64,000 nt of DNA from Escherichia phage 121Q. Position 1 is the first letter of the stretch. Each line of letters begins with the position of its first letter. The stretch lies in the sequence record NC_025447.1. The stretch is one strand, 5' to 3'. The position numbers and the translations under genes were made by a program. This document shows positions 18,327 through 26,618 of this stretch, piece by piece. Under the pieces are notes generated by a model that was not told where the DNA came from, ran no database searches, and saw only the letters and a program-made list of their open reading frames with translations.

Positions 18327-19652
18327 ATGACTACTCAAAACGATATCCTGAACGTTAAACTGACTCCAAAGAAAGCTAAAGAAGCAATGGCACTAGCTGA
18401 CATGATTCAAGATAGCCTGATGATTTGGGGTAGCCCAGGTATCGGTAAGTCTGCAATCGCTCGTCAATACGCTGATGAAAATTACCCACTGCGTAAAGAT
18501 AACGTAGCTAAAATCGAGTTCATGAAACAACAAATCGAAGCTGACCCTGAAAATGCTGATCAGCTACGCCGTGAACTGGCTGCATTTGAAGCAAAACTAA
18601 TCGACCAAGATACTAACTTTATCGATTTCCGTTTGTCTCAAATCGAACCAAGTGACCTTCGCGGTATTCCAGTACCAGAGAAGCTTTTCCGTAAAACTGA
18701 CGGTTCTCTTCTGAAAGAATCTGAGCTTGCCGAAGCAAAAGATTATGTAGCTGAAACTGCGGTAGTATGGGCTGCACCTAAAGTTCTGAAATTGTCCGAA
18801 GATTGGAAAGGTGTTATTCTGTTTGACGAAATTAACTCTGCAATGCCTATTGTTCAGGCAGCGTCTTATCAGCTAATCCTCGACCGTTGTGTTGGTGAGA
18901 TGAAGCTACCTAAGACTGCACTGATTCTTGCAGCAGGTAACCGTGAAACTGATGGCGGTGTAACTTTCTCTCTTGCTACACCACTGCGTGACCGTATGAC
19001 TCACATTGAGATGATTCCTTATCATCAAGATTGGATTAACGATTATGCGATTGCAAAACGTTTGAACCCAGCAACTGTTGCGTTCATCAACAACACTGGT
19101 TCTAAGTACTTTAACACACTTAGTCCACAAGATCCTTCTCACAGTGGTGGTACTTCTCCACGTTCATGGGAAGCAGTAGCACGCTACGAAGATCTCAAGA
19201 AAACTAAGACAATTGATAAAGAAGTGTTCCGTGCAATGATTGCTGGTCGTGTTGGTGAAGGTGTTGCAACTGAATACATTGAGTACGTTGAGAACGTTGC
19301 TAAACTACCAGATACTATGTCTATTCTGTCTGGTGAAATCAAAGAAATCGACGCAACGCTGGATATTTCTGCGAACTACTTTATCACTCTGAACTTGGTT
19401 TATAAAATTATCGACCTGTTCAATGAGAAGCAAGAACAACGTCTACCAGTGGAAGAATGGGGTAAACTGTGTAACAACTTCATCACCTTCCTAGACCATA
19501 ACTTCTCTGCAACTCAAGCAGAACTGGCAGTACTGGCAATTCGTACCATCACGCTTCATAAGGTTGCGATTTCCATTAAAGATGTACCAGCGTTTAAAGA
19601 TTTCATCGCTAAGTACTCTGAACTTGTACGTAAAGCACGCTCTCTTGGCTAA
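18327..19652 (+). CDS. MoxR-like AAA+ ATPase
   Basis: Walker A GSPGIGKS, Walker B ILFDEIN, Arg-rich sensor region; long insertion between Walker A and B. Confidence 0.8.
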   Translation: MTTQNDILNVKLTPKKAKEAMALADMIQDSLMIWGSPGIGKSAIARQYADENYPLRKDNVAKIEFMKQQIEADPENADQLRRELAAFEAKLIDQDTNFIDFRLSQIEPSDLRGIPVPEKLFRKTDGSLLKESELAEAKDYVAETAVVWAAPKVLKLSEDWKGVILFDEINSAMPIVQAASYQLILDRCVGEMKLPKTALILAAGNRETDGGVTFSLATPLRDRMTHIEMIPYHQDWINDYAIAKRLNPATVAFINNTGSKYFNTLSPQDPSHSGGTSPRSWEAVARYEDLKKTKTIDKEVFRAMIAGRVGEGVATEYIEYVENVAKLPDTMSILSGEIKEIDATLDISANYFITLNLVYKIIDLFNEKQEQRLPVEEWGKLCNNFITFLDHNFSATQAELAVLAIRTITLHKVAISIKDVPAFKDFIAKYSELVRKARSLG

Positions 19653-19671
19653 TTAACAAAGAGTTGTTGAC

Positions 19672-19703
19672 AAGAAGGATGCCTAATGGTATCCTTCTTT
19701 TAT
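19672..19703 (+). terminator. terminator/attenuator between MoxR and VWA genes
   Basis: AAGAAGGAT-10 nt loop-ATCCTTCTT then TTTAT. Confidence 0.45.
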
Positions 19704-19726
19704 CTTAACTAAACGAGGAAATATAC

Positions 19727-21151
19727 ATGTCAGATAACAAATCTACTTCCAGATTCAATGAAGTATCTCCGGCACTCCAGAAAGAATGTCAAGATCGTCT
19801 GGTTCTGGCTCGTACATCTTTGATGTTAACTGCACCATTCTTTGGTGTACTCGCTTCACGTTTACGTCCAGTTCCTAATAATACATGGTGTCGTACTCTA
19901 GCAGTTGATGGTAAACATCTATTCTACAACGTAGAATTTGTAATGGGTATTCAAGACCCATCTAAAAAGAAAGAATATGAAGAAGCTATTCGTGAAAAGC
20001 ATCCTGAAGTTACAGACGAACAATTAAAAGAAATGACTGAAGGTTTGACTGATGAAAACCTTATTGCTGTAATTTGTCATGAAATTCTACACTGTGCTTA
20101 CGATCACTTCCTTCGTCGTGGTATGCGTGATCCACAACGTTATAACCGTGCAGCGGATTATGCCATTAACCAAATCATCGTTCGTGAGAAAATTGGAAAA
20201 ATCCAAAGTTCATGGTTGTATGATAAAAAATATGAAGGTATGACCGCAGAAGAGATTTACATTCTTCTTGAAGAAGAAGAACAAAAAGAAGATGGTGAAG
20301 GTGAAGGTCAACCACAAAGTGGCGGCGGTGAAGGTGAAGGTAAAAATCGCGGTACTTTTGGTGATATTAAAGATGGTAAGGGTAAACCAAAAGGTACTAC
20401 CATTGACCAGCATGACGTTCCACAAGAAGGTCAAGAAGGTGGTTCAAGTGAACAGCAAAAACGTGATTATATGGATGATTTCAAAACAGCAATGATGAAT
20501 GCTGCACGTGCAGGTGGTACACCAGCAGAAATCGCTCGTATGATTAACAACTTTAAAGAACCAAAGATTGACTGGCGTTCAAAACTTCAACGTACACTTC
20601 GTAGTTGGTTGAAGTCTGATGCAACGTATCAAAGTCCTTCTCGTCGTTCATGGGGTGCTGGTTTTGGTTCTAATGGTTCATTCTATGGTAATCCAATTTA
20701 CCCAGGGATGAAACCAGATGATGATATTGATATTGCGATTGCACTAGATGCTTCTGGGTCTATTTCTGAAGATATGCTTCGTGATTTCATTAGTGAAGTT
20801 CTTGGCATCACTAAACAATTCAAACAGTTTAAGATTCGTATCATGACTTTTGATACTGAAGTTTATACTGTAAAGGATTACAAAACTGGCGAAGAACGTA
20901 AGATTCTGGAATATCCAGTAAAAGGTGGTGGTGGTACTGACTTTGAAGCAGTATGGGTTCATATGAAGAACGACAACTACAAGCCTAAACAGCTTGTAAT
21001 GTTTACTGATGGTGAACCGTGGCAGTCATGGGGTGATCCAAACTACTGTAAAACACTGTTCGTGATTCACAGTAACCCAAATAAAGTTGCACCATTTGGT
21101 GAGACTGTACACTACGAATATGAAGCTGATAAAAAGCGTCAACGTAGTTAA
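19727..21151 (+). CDS. metallopeptidase-like (HExxH) / von Willebrand factor A domain protein, partner of the MoxR ATPase
   Basis: HEILH motif near residue 119; Gly/Glu-rich linker; C-terminal MIDAS-like DASGS ... MFTDGEP typical of VWA domains. Confidence 0.75.
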   Translation: MSDNKSTSRFNEVSPALQKECQDRLVLARTSLMLTAPFFGVLASRLRPVPNNTWCRTLAVDGKHLFYNVEFVMGIQDPSKKKEYEEAIREKHPEVTDEQLKEMTEGLTDENLIAVICHEILHCAYDHFLRRGMRDPQRYNRAADYAINQIIVREKIGKIQSSWLYDKKYEGMTAEEIYILLEEEEQKEDGEGEGQPQSGGGEGEGKNRGTFGDIKDGKGKPKGTTIDQHDVPQEGQEGGSSEQQKRDYMDDFKTAMMNAARAGGTPAEIARMINNFKEPKIDWRSKLQRTLRSWLKSDATYQSPSRRSWGAGFGSNGSFYGNPIYPGMKPDDDIDIAIALDASGSISEDMLRDFISEVLGITKQFKQFKIRIMTFDTEVYTVKDYKTGEERKILEYPVKGGGGTDFEAVWVHMKNDNYKPKQLVMFTDGEPWQSWGDPNYCKTLFVIHSNPNKVAPFGETVHYEYEADKKRQRS

Positions 21152-21162
21152 GTACTAAATAA

Positions 21163-21194
21163 AGAGAACGGAATTTTCCGTTCTCTTCTTTTAT
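21163..21194 (+). terminator. rho-independent terminator after VWA gene
   Basis: AGAGAACGG-aatttt-CCGTTCTCT then TCTTTTAT. Confidence 0.65.
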
Positions 21195-21196
21195 AA

Positions 21197-21226
21197 GTGG
21201 GACAACTTATAAAAATATGATATAAT
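21197..21226 (+). promoter_or_regulatory. putative early promoter, motif GTGGGACA-N13-TGATATAAT (second copy)
   Basis: Directly after terminator of VWA gene; identical box spacing to 2184-2213. Confidence 0.4.
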
Positions 21227-21260
21227 AGTTAATGTACCAATATACATGGAGAGTATTAAA

Positions 21261-21506
21261 ATGGAACAAGAAAATAATCAAATTCAACTAACCCTTCTAG
21301 ACCTAATCAATGCTGCAAAAATCATGGAAGCTGCTGTTGCACGAAACACCTTTAAAGTTGAAGAACTTGTTGAGGTTGCTCCAGTTGTATCTAAATTTGT
21401 TTCTTTTGCAAATGTAGCTCTTGAAGATATTAAAGCACAAGAAGATGCAGCTAAAGAAGAAGCTGAATCACAAGATAGTGAAACTCAAGAAGATAAAGGA
21501 GAATAA
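21261..21506 (+). CDS. small acidic hypothetical protein
   Basis: ORF track 21246-21506; ATG 21261 has GGAGAG 7 nt upstream. Confidence 0.45.
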   Translation: MEQENNQIQLTLLDLINAAKIMEAAVARNTFKVEELVEVAPVVSKFVSFANVALEDIKAQEDAAKEEAESQDSETQEDKGE

Positions 21507-21508
21507 TT

Positions 21509-22165
21509 ATGGCAGCTATTCGTCATGTTGGTGTAATGCGTAATACAGGTTCTCGTGTTTTTGTTGTTTGGCGTTCACTACCAGATGATCCTGAACACTG
21601 CCTTATCGTTTATCGTGATTCACTACCAGAAGCATATGTTCACGCAGTAACTGATATTGTTATGGGTCATGGTCAATCTAATATTGATTTGTGGGAAGTA
21701 ATGCATAAAATTGGTTATCTCGATGGACGCAAAATGCTAGATGTTCTACACAACATGCAGCATCTACGTCGCGTTCGTACTTGTGACATTGATATGCACA
21801 CTGGTGGTAATAATAAAATTTCTCTTGATGTTCTAAACAAAGCATTAGATGAAAATCAAGCGAAAGTACAAGAAGATGGTAAAGTAAAAGACTTTAACCC
21901 ATTCAATCCACAAGAAGCGGACACTAAAGTAGAAGAAGCTACTATTGTAGAACAACTTCTCACTGATGCACAAAAATATGAAAAACTGGCTAAAGAACAT
22001 TATGAACGTGCATACAATTTAGAGCCAAGCTTGCGTCCGCAAACACAAGTTGTTGAACAACCGAAAGATAGTAAAACAATTTATCTAGAAATTCCAGAAG
22101 GTATTTCACAGACTAAAGCTATTGAGAAAGTAAAACAACTATTTGCAGAACGTAAAGCAAAATAA
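21509..22165 (+). CDS. hypothetical protein
   Basis: ORF with AAGGAG RBS; coupled to neighbours. Confidence 0.5.
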   Translation: MAAIRHVGVMRNTGSRVFVVWRSLPDDPEHCLIVYRDSLPEAYVHAVTDIVMGHGQSNIDLWEVMHKIGYLDGRKMLDVLHNMQHLRRVRTCDIDMHTGGNNKISLDVLNKALDENQAKVQEDGKVKDFNPFNPQEADTKVEEATIVEQLLTDAQKYEKLAKEHYERAYNLEPSLRPQTQVVEQPKDSKTIYLEIPEGISQTKAIEKVKQLFAERKAK

Positions 22166-22168
22166 AAT

Positions 22169-22762
22169 ATGAAAAAGAATGAATTAGATGAAGCAATTAA
22201 AGGTTTATCTAATGTATGTTTTAGTGGCGGGGCAGCAGGTGCTGACCGCCTTTTTTCTATCTATGCAAAAAATAATGGATTTGAAGTTATTAATTTTTCA
22301 TTCAAAGGTCATGAGCATAGTGTAGATGAAAGTACTATATTAGAAATACCATCCAATATTCTATCTGATATTTCTATATTAAATCAACTAAACATTGCAT
22401 GTTACTCGTTGCAGCGAAAAGTACCAAAACCTGGTTCTTATGTTTACAACTTACTTGCAAGGAATAGTTATCAGATACTTAATACAGAAAGAATATATTG
22501 TATTGCAAATATCACATCACCAACTAAGGTAAGTGGTGGTACTGCATGGGCAGTACAGATGTATATGGATTCAGTTGAAAATCCTGAAATTTATTGTTAT
22601 GATATGAATTCACGTTCAGTATTTTATTTCGATACAGTACTGAAAGAGTTCACACAAACATTCGTCGTTCCAGCACCACATGGTAACTGGACTGGTATTG
22701 GTTCACGCAATGCCACCGAAAAACATATGGAACATTTTATTACATTTTTCAAGGAAGAATAA
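22169..22762 (+). CDS. Rossmann-like protein, possible SLOG (Smf/DprA-LOG) superfamily member
   Basis: CFSGGAAGADRLFS near N-terminus and later SGGTAWAVQ resemble the two glycine-rich SLOG motifs; stop overlaps td start. Confidence 0.4.
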   Translation: MKKNELDEAIKGLSNVCFSGGAAGADRLFSIYAKNNGFEVINFSFKGHEHSVDESTILEIPSNILSDISILNQLNIACYSLQRKVPKPGSYVYNLLARNSYQILNTERIYCIANITSPTKVSGGTAWAVQMYMDSVENPEIYCYDMNSRSVFYFDTVLKEFTQTFVVPAPHGNWTGIGSRNATEKHMEHFITFFKEE

Positions 22763-23691
22763 TGAAACAACTACAAGAACTATATCAAAAAATTCTAGAT
22801 GAAGGCGTAGAAAGCGTTGACCGTACTGGTGTTGGAACAATCAAACTTATCGGTCAACAAATGCGTTTTGACCTTAAAGATGGTTTCCCAGCAGTGACGA
22901 CAAAACGTCTAGCTTGGAAAGCAATGACTTCAGAATTACTATGGTTTATTGAAGGTTCCCATGATGAGCGTCGCCTTTGTGAAATTTTGCATGGAACTCG
23001 TGATACAGAAAAGAAAACTATTTGGACAGATAATTACCTAAATCAAGGCGTTGCTCTTGGTTATACTGATGGTGAGTTAGGTCCAGTGTATGGTAAGCAA
23101 TGGCGTGAATGGGAAGATTATAAATTTAGTTCCAGTACTGAAGAAATTCAAGAATTAAAAGATAAAGGATACAAAGTTATCGATTATACTGGTTCACATG
23201 GTGTTGTTATGAAACGTACAACTGACCAATTACAAGAACTAATCAAAGGTATAAAGTCCGATCCATATGGCCGTCGCCACATTCTAAGTGCATGGAACGT
23301 TGGTGAGCTTGATGATATGACGTTACCACCTTGTCATAGCTTTGTGCAATTTTGTGTAGTGCAAGGAAAACTAAGCTGTATTCTGCATCAACGCTCCGCT
23401 GATCTATTTTTAGGAGTTCCATTTAATATCAGTAGTTACTCACTACTAACTCATATGATTGCACAAATTACTGGTTTAGATGTTGGTGAATTTATTTGGA
23501 ATGGTGGTGATTGTCACATTTATAAAAACCACGTTGAACAAGTAAAAGAACAACTACAGCGAAAACCTCGTGAATTACCTGAATTGTGGCTTGATCCTAC
23601 AATTACTAATATTGAAGATTTCACTATGGATTCTTTTAAATTAGTGAATTACAACCCAATGCCAACAATTAAAGCACCTATGGCTGTATAA
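22762..23691 (+). CDS. td: thymidylate synthase (ThyA type, T4 td-like), uninterrupted
   Basis: DRTGVGT, KRLAWKA, catalytic LPPCH, QRSADLFLGVPFNISSYSLLTHMIA, GGDCHIYKNHVEQ; matches T4 td from memory. Confidence 0.9.
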   Translation: MKQLQELYQKILDEGVESVDRTGVGTIKLIGQQMRFDLKDGFPAVTTKRLAWKAMTSELLWFIEGSHDERRLCEILHGTRDTEKKTIWTDNYLNQGVALGYTDGELGPVYGKQWREWEDYKFSSSTEEIQELKDKGYKVIDYTGSHGVVMKRTTDQLQELIKGIKSDPYGRRHILSAWNVGELDDMTLPPCHSFVQFCVVQGKLSCILHQRSADLFLGVPFNISSYSLLTHMIAQITGLDVGEFIWNGGDCHIYKNHVEQVKEQLQRKPRELPELWLDPTITNIEDFTMDSFKLVNYNPMPTIKAPMAV

Positions 23692-23726
23692 ACGAAAAGG
23701 GAGAACATCAGTTCTCCCTTTTTTAT
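23690..23726. terminator. bidirectional terminator between convergent td and fibre genes
   Basis: AAGGGAGAAC-atca-GTTCTCCCTT flanked by A-run and T-run. Confidence 0.7.
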
Positions 23727-25690
23727 TATCTAATTGTTACCAATGTTCTTCCGTCGAAACGTACATCAGGAGTTGAAGGTATACTAAACACTACGTTAGT
23801 GCCGTTAAACGTAACGCTATCGACCTCAACACGAGTATAGACACCAGGACTAACCTGTTCCTGTATCTCTGCTGTGACGATGTTTGAGGCTGTTACAGTA
23901 AGGGTGTAGTAGTTACCACTTAATACCCAAGATGAAATTGTAAAAGCATCGGTTCTCACTGAACCTGAACCAATTGGAACCCATTGACCTTGAACTTTTT
24001 GCATTGAAGTACGCTCGGTATTGGAGTATGCAATCATACCATCAACGCCAACAGAGTTATCAATAGTAGCTAGTACTGGTAATTGGATACCATATCTATT
24101 AAAACGTGTTCTTATAGTTCCATTATCATAGATACTTACATCAGCATAATTACCCATTGATAGTTTTAAATCAGAACTAACTAATTGGATTGTACTTTGA
24201 TTAGTAGTACTTTCTAATGTAATTATACCATTAGCTAATAGATTTATATTTTTAAATTTATTAGTTGTTCCATTGAAATTAGTGTTTGCTGTAAACGTAC
24301 TAACTCCATTAACTGTAATTGTATCAGATGCAGCATCGCCTAATGTAGTATTACCTTGAATGTTCAAATTACCACTAGCAGTGATATTACTAGCTGATGT
24401 ATCACCAGTCAATGTACTTGTACCATCAACCACAATATTACCATGAAACGCACTTTCACCATTTTTAAATTCAACTTGTACTTTATTCATTGAACTAAAT
24501 GAAATAATATTACTACTAGCACTTAGTCCAACATTAGTATTGGTTGCATTATCAAATCTTAGTACTGGGGTTGATGCTGGGGTTGAAGTTGTTTGGTATA
24601 ATGTTAATGTTGAATTATTAATTCTAATACGTTCAGTTCCAGCAGTACTGAAACCAATTGCATCATCTGCTGGATGAAACATACCAGTATTAGCGTCTGA
24701 CCATTTTGCAGGATCATTACCTGGGTTATTGGTTGGATCAAATGGATTGTTATTAAATGTCAATGCTGGTGCTGCTGCACTACCATAGACCACACCAAAA
24801 CGCCCTGAGCCGCTTGTTCCATCATTATACATGGAATCACCAGTTCTACGTAAACACTCAATCACAACGTTATCTATGGATGTTTGAACGGTCCCTGCGT
24901 TTGTCCTAAATTGACGATGATTTGCAATCATTACAGTATTGTCATATAATACTGAAGCAGCGGAAATGCTTGTTCTTGACTGGCGTAGACGTATGTTTTT
25001 ATCTTCAGTTATAATAATCCAATCACCATCTGATAGTGCGGTTTGGTTCATTGGAACACCTGAAGCAAATGGTTTGGTTAAGTCAGCATCTGTTGCTAAA
25101 TTTTTAAGACCATCATGACCAGTACTAGGAATAGATGCAGGAATAATTCTAGCGAAAGCGTATGTTACTAGTTTAGCACCAGATATATTTGGATTAGAGT
25201 CAACATAATATAAAATTTCAATCCAATTACCTTGTCCAGTTGGATTTGTAGGTGTAAATGTAACAGGACTTGTTTGTGGATTATTTGCTTCATAATGGGC
25301 TTGTGCGGCATCCATAATACCACGAACAACATAATAATCACCATTTAGTGATGCTGCTGGTGCTGGTAGTGGTGTTTGTGCTAAAGGTGGATCAATATCA
25401 TCTGGGATAGGATTGTATGTACCAACAAACTGTAAACCACTAGTTACTGAATCTGGTAATTGGGAAGTAAGAAGTTTACCATTTGCATCTAAGTTTGCAA
25501 AGCGGCGATATGCCATAGTACCATCTTCAAAATCCAGAACACCTTCAAATGATTTCCATTCCTTATTGTATCTAATCATCCCTGATCTTATTACATCAGC
25601 GGTTTCTTTTGATGGTGCTTTCGGTAACTCTAAAAAAGATTTACTATCAATAATTACACCACCATCACCTCTAATTCGATTTATACTCAT
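23726..25690 (-). CDS. tail fibre protein
   Basis: 654 aa, S/T/N/G-rich strand repeats after a distinct N-terminal domain; late-promoter-like box and RBS upstream. Confidence 0.6.
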   Translation of the reverse strand: MSINRIRGDGGVIIDSKSFLELPKAPSKETADVIRSGMIRYNKEWKSFEGVLDFEDGTMAYRRFANLDANGKLLTSQLPDSVTSGLQFVGTYNPIPDDIDPPLAQTPLPAPAASLNGDYYVVRGIMDAAQAHYEANNPQTSPVTFTPTNPTGQGNWIEILYYVDSNPNISGAKLVTYAFARIIPASIPSTGHDGLKNLATDADLTKPFASGVPMNQTALSDGDWIIITEDKNIRLRQSRTSISAASVLYDNTVMIANHRQFRTNAGTVQTSIDNVVIECLRRTGDSMYNDGTSGSGRFGVVYGSAAAPALTFNNNPFDPTNNPGNDPAKWSDANTGMFHPADDAIGFSTAGTERIRINNSTLTLYQTTSTPASTPVLRFDNATNTNVGLSASSNIISFSSMNKVQVEFKNGESAFHGNIVVDGTSTLTGDTSASNITASGNLNIQGNTTLGDAASDTITVNGVSTFTANTNFNGTTNKFKNINLLANGIITLESTTNQSTIQLVSSDLKLSMGNYADVSIYDNGTIRTRFNRYGIQLPVLATIDNSVGVDGMIAYSNTERTSMQKVQGQWVPIGSGSVRTDAFTISSWVLSGNYYTLTVTASNIVTAEIQEQVSPGVYTRVEVDSVTFNGTNVVFSIPSTPDVRFDGRTLVTIR

Positions 25691-25710
25691 TTAAATATTT
25701 CCTCAGAATA

Positions 25711-25718
25711 GATTTATA
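25711..25718 (-). promoter_or_regulatory. late-promoter-like box TATAAATC upstream of tail fibre gene
   Basis: 7/8 match to TATAAATA, ~20 nt upstream of ATG 25690. Confidence 0.3.
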
Positions 25719-25774
25719 TGATGTATTTATTTTAGTTAAAAGAAAAGGCCAAGCATAGGCTTGACCTTAAAAAA

Positions 25775-26554
25775 TTAACGTATACGTTCAGGAATATCAA
25801 CACCTTCATATACCCAAGTTGCAGCTTGTTGTGCCTTATAAATTGCATCAGGATCTAAATCATCAACTGCATCAATTGCTGCACACTGATTGTCACATTC
25901 TGTAAACAATTGCTCAATCATAGCAAAGGCTCCAGTGTATAGTTGTGTCATTTCAGTAGCAGATAATTTTACAATTGCGTCATCAAGAAAAATAGAAACA
26001 CTTTCAGAACCTGAAGTGACTTGTGTATAGTAATTAAGAAGCATTTGACGACCAGACATATCAGTACTGTAACGATGACCATTGAACATATAACCAGAAT
26101 TCATACGATTTGTACGTTCTGATATAGTTCTTGCTTTTAAATCAACTTTAACATCTGCTATTGGCATATCAATATAATGATATGTTTTAAGAACAGTTAG
26201 TGCTTTATATTCTTCGGTAGCGTCTTCTAAAAATTCAACAATAGGTTGATTTTCATCTTTTAATTTAATAAACTCCAACGGTTGTTCAATAGCATTAACA
26301 TTTCCAACATTTTTATACACTAACCACCAAAAACCTTCTTCTTTTCTAACAGCATCATTAGGTTCTACTGGGGAACCATCTTTACTTGAAATACCATAAA
26401 GAGTTCTAATATCACTATAAAGATAACGATAGGTTTGTGGATCTTCTGGTGTTGCACCAGGACGTTCTTTAAGTCCTTTTACACCAATTGGATTGGAAAT
26501 AATGTTTCCCAATTCATAATTTTCTTTTGAATTTCCTTTCACATATGTGAACAT
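25775..26554 (-). CDS. hypothetical protein in fibre locus (possible fibre accessory/assembly protein)
   Basis: ORF with GAGGTAG RBS; context only. Confidence 0.45.
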   Translation of the reverse strand: MFTYVKGNSKENYELGNIISNPIGVKGLKERPGATPEDPQTYRYLYSDIRTLYGISSKDGSPVEPNDAVRKEEGFWWLVYKNVGNVNAIEQPLEFIKLKDENQPIVEFLEDATEEYKALTVLKTYHYIDMPIADVKVDLKARTISERTNRMNSGYMFNGHRYSTDMSGRQMLLNYYTQVTSGSESVSIFLDDAIVKLSATEMTQLYTGAFAMIEQLFTECDNQCAAIDAVDDLDPDAIYKAQQAATWVYEGVDIPERIR

Positions 26555-26618
26555 ATAACTACCTCACTTGTTATGATGGTGTCACCCAAAATGAGTGACA
26601 CCTTTATTATTATAATTA

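Noticed and set aside
19667-19695. TTGACA at 19667 as a promoter for the VWA gene
   Set aside because: The best -10 at the right spacing is only TATCCT and the element overlaps the terminator hairpin
22762-23691. Looked for a group I intron in td, as in T4
   Set aside because: The ORF is continuous across all conserved TS motifs, so no intron is present
26578-26612. Hairpin GGTGTCAC/GTGACACC with a T-run on the plus strand
   Set aside because: Terminator-like only on the plus strand while both flanking genes are on the minus strand; more likely an mRNA structure or chance inverted repeat
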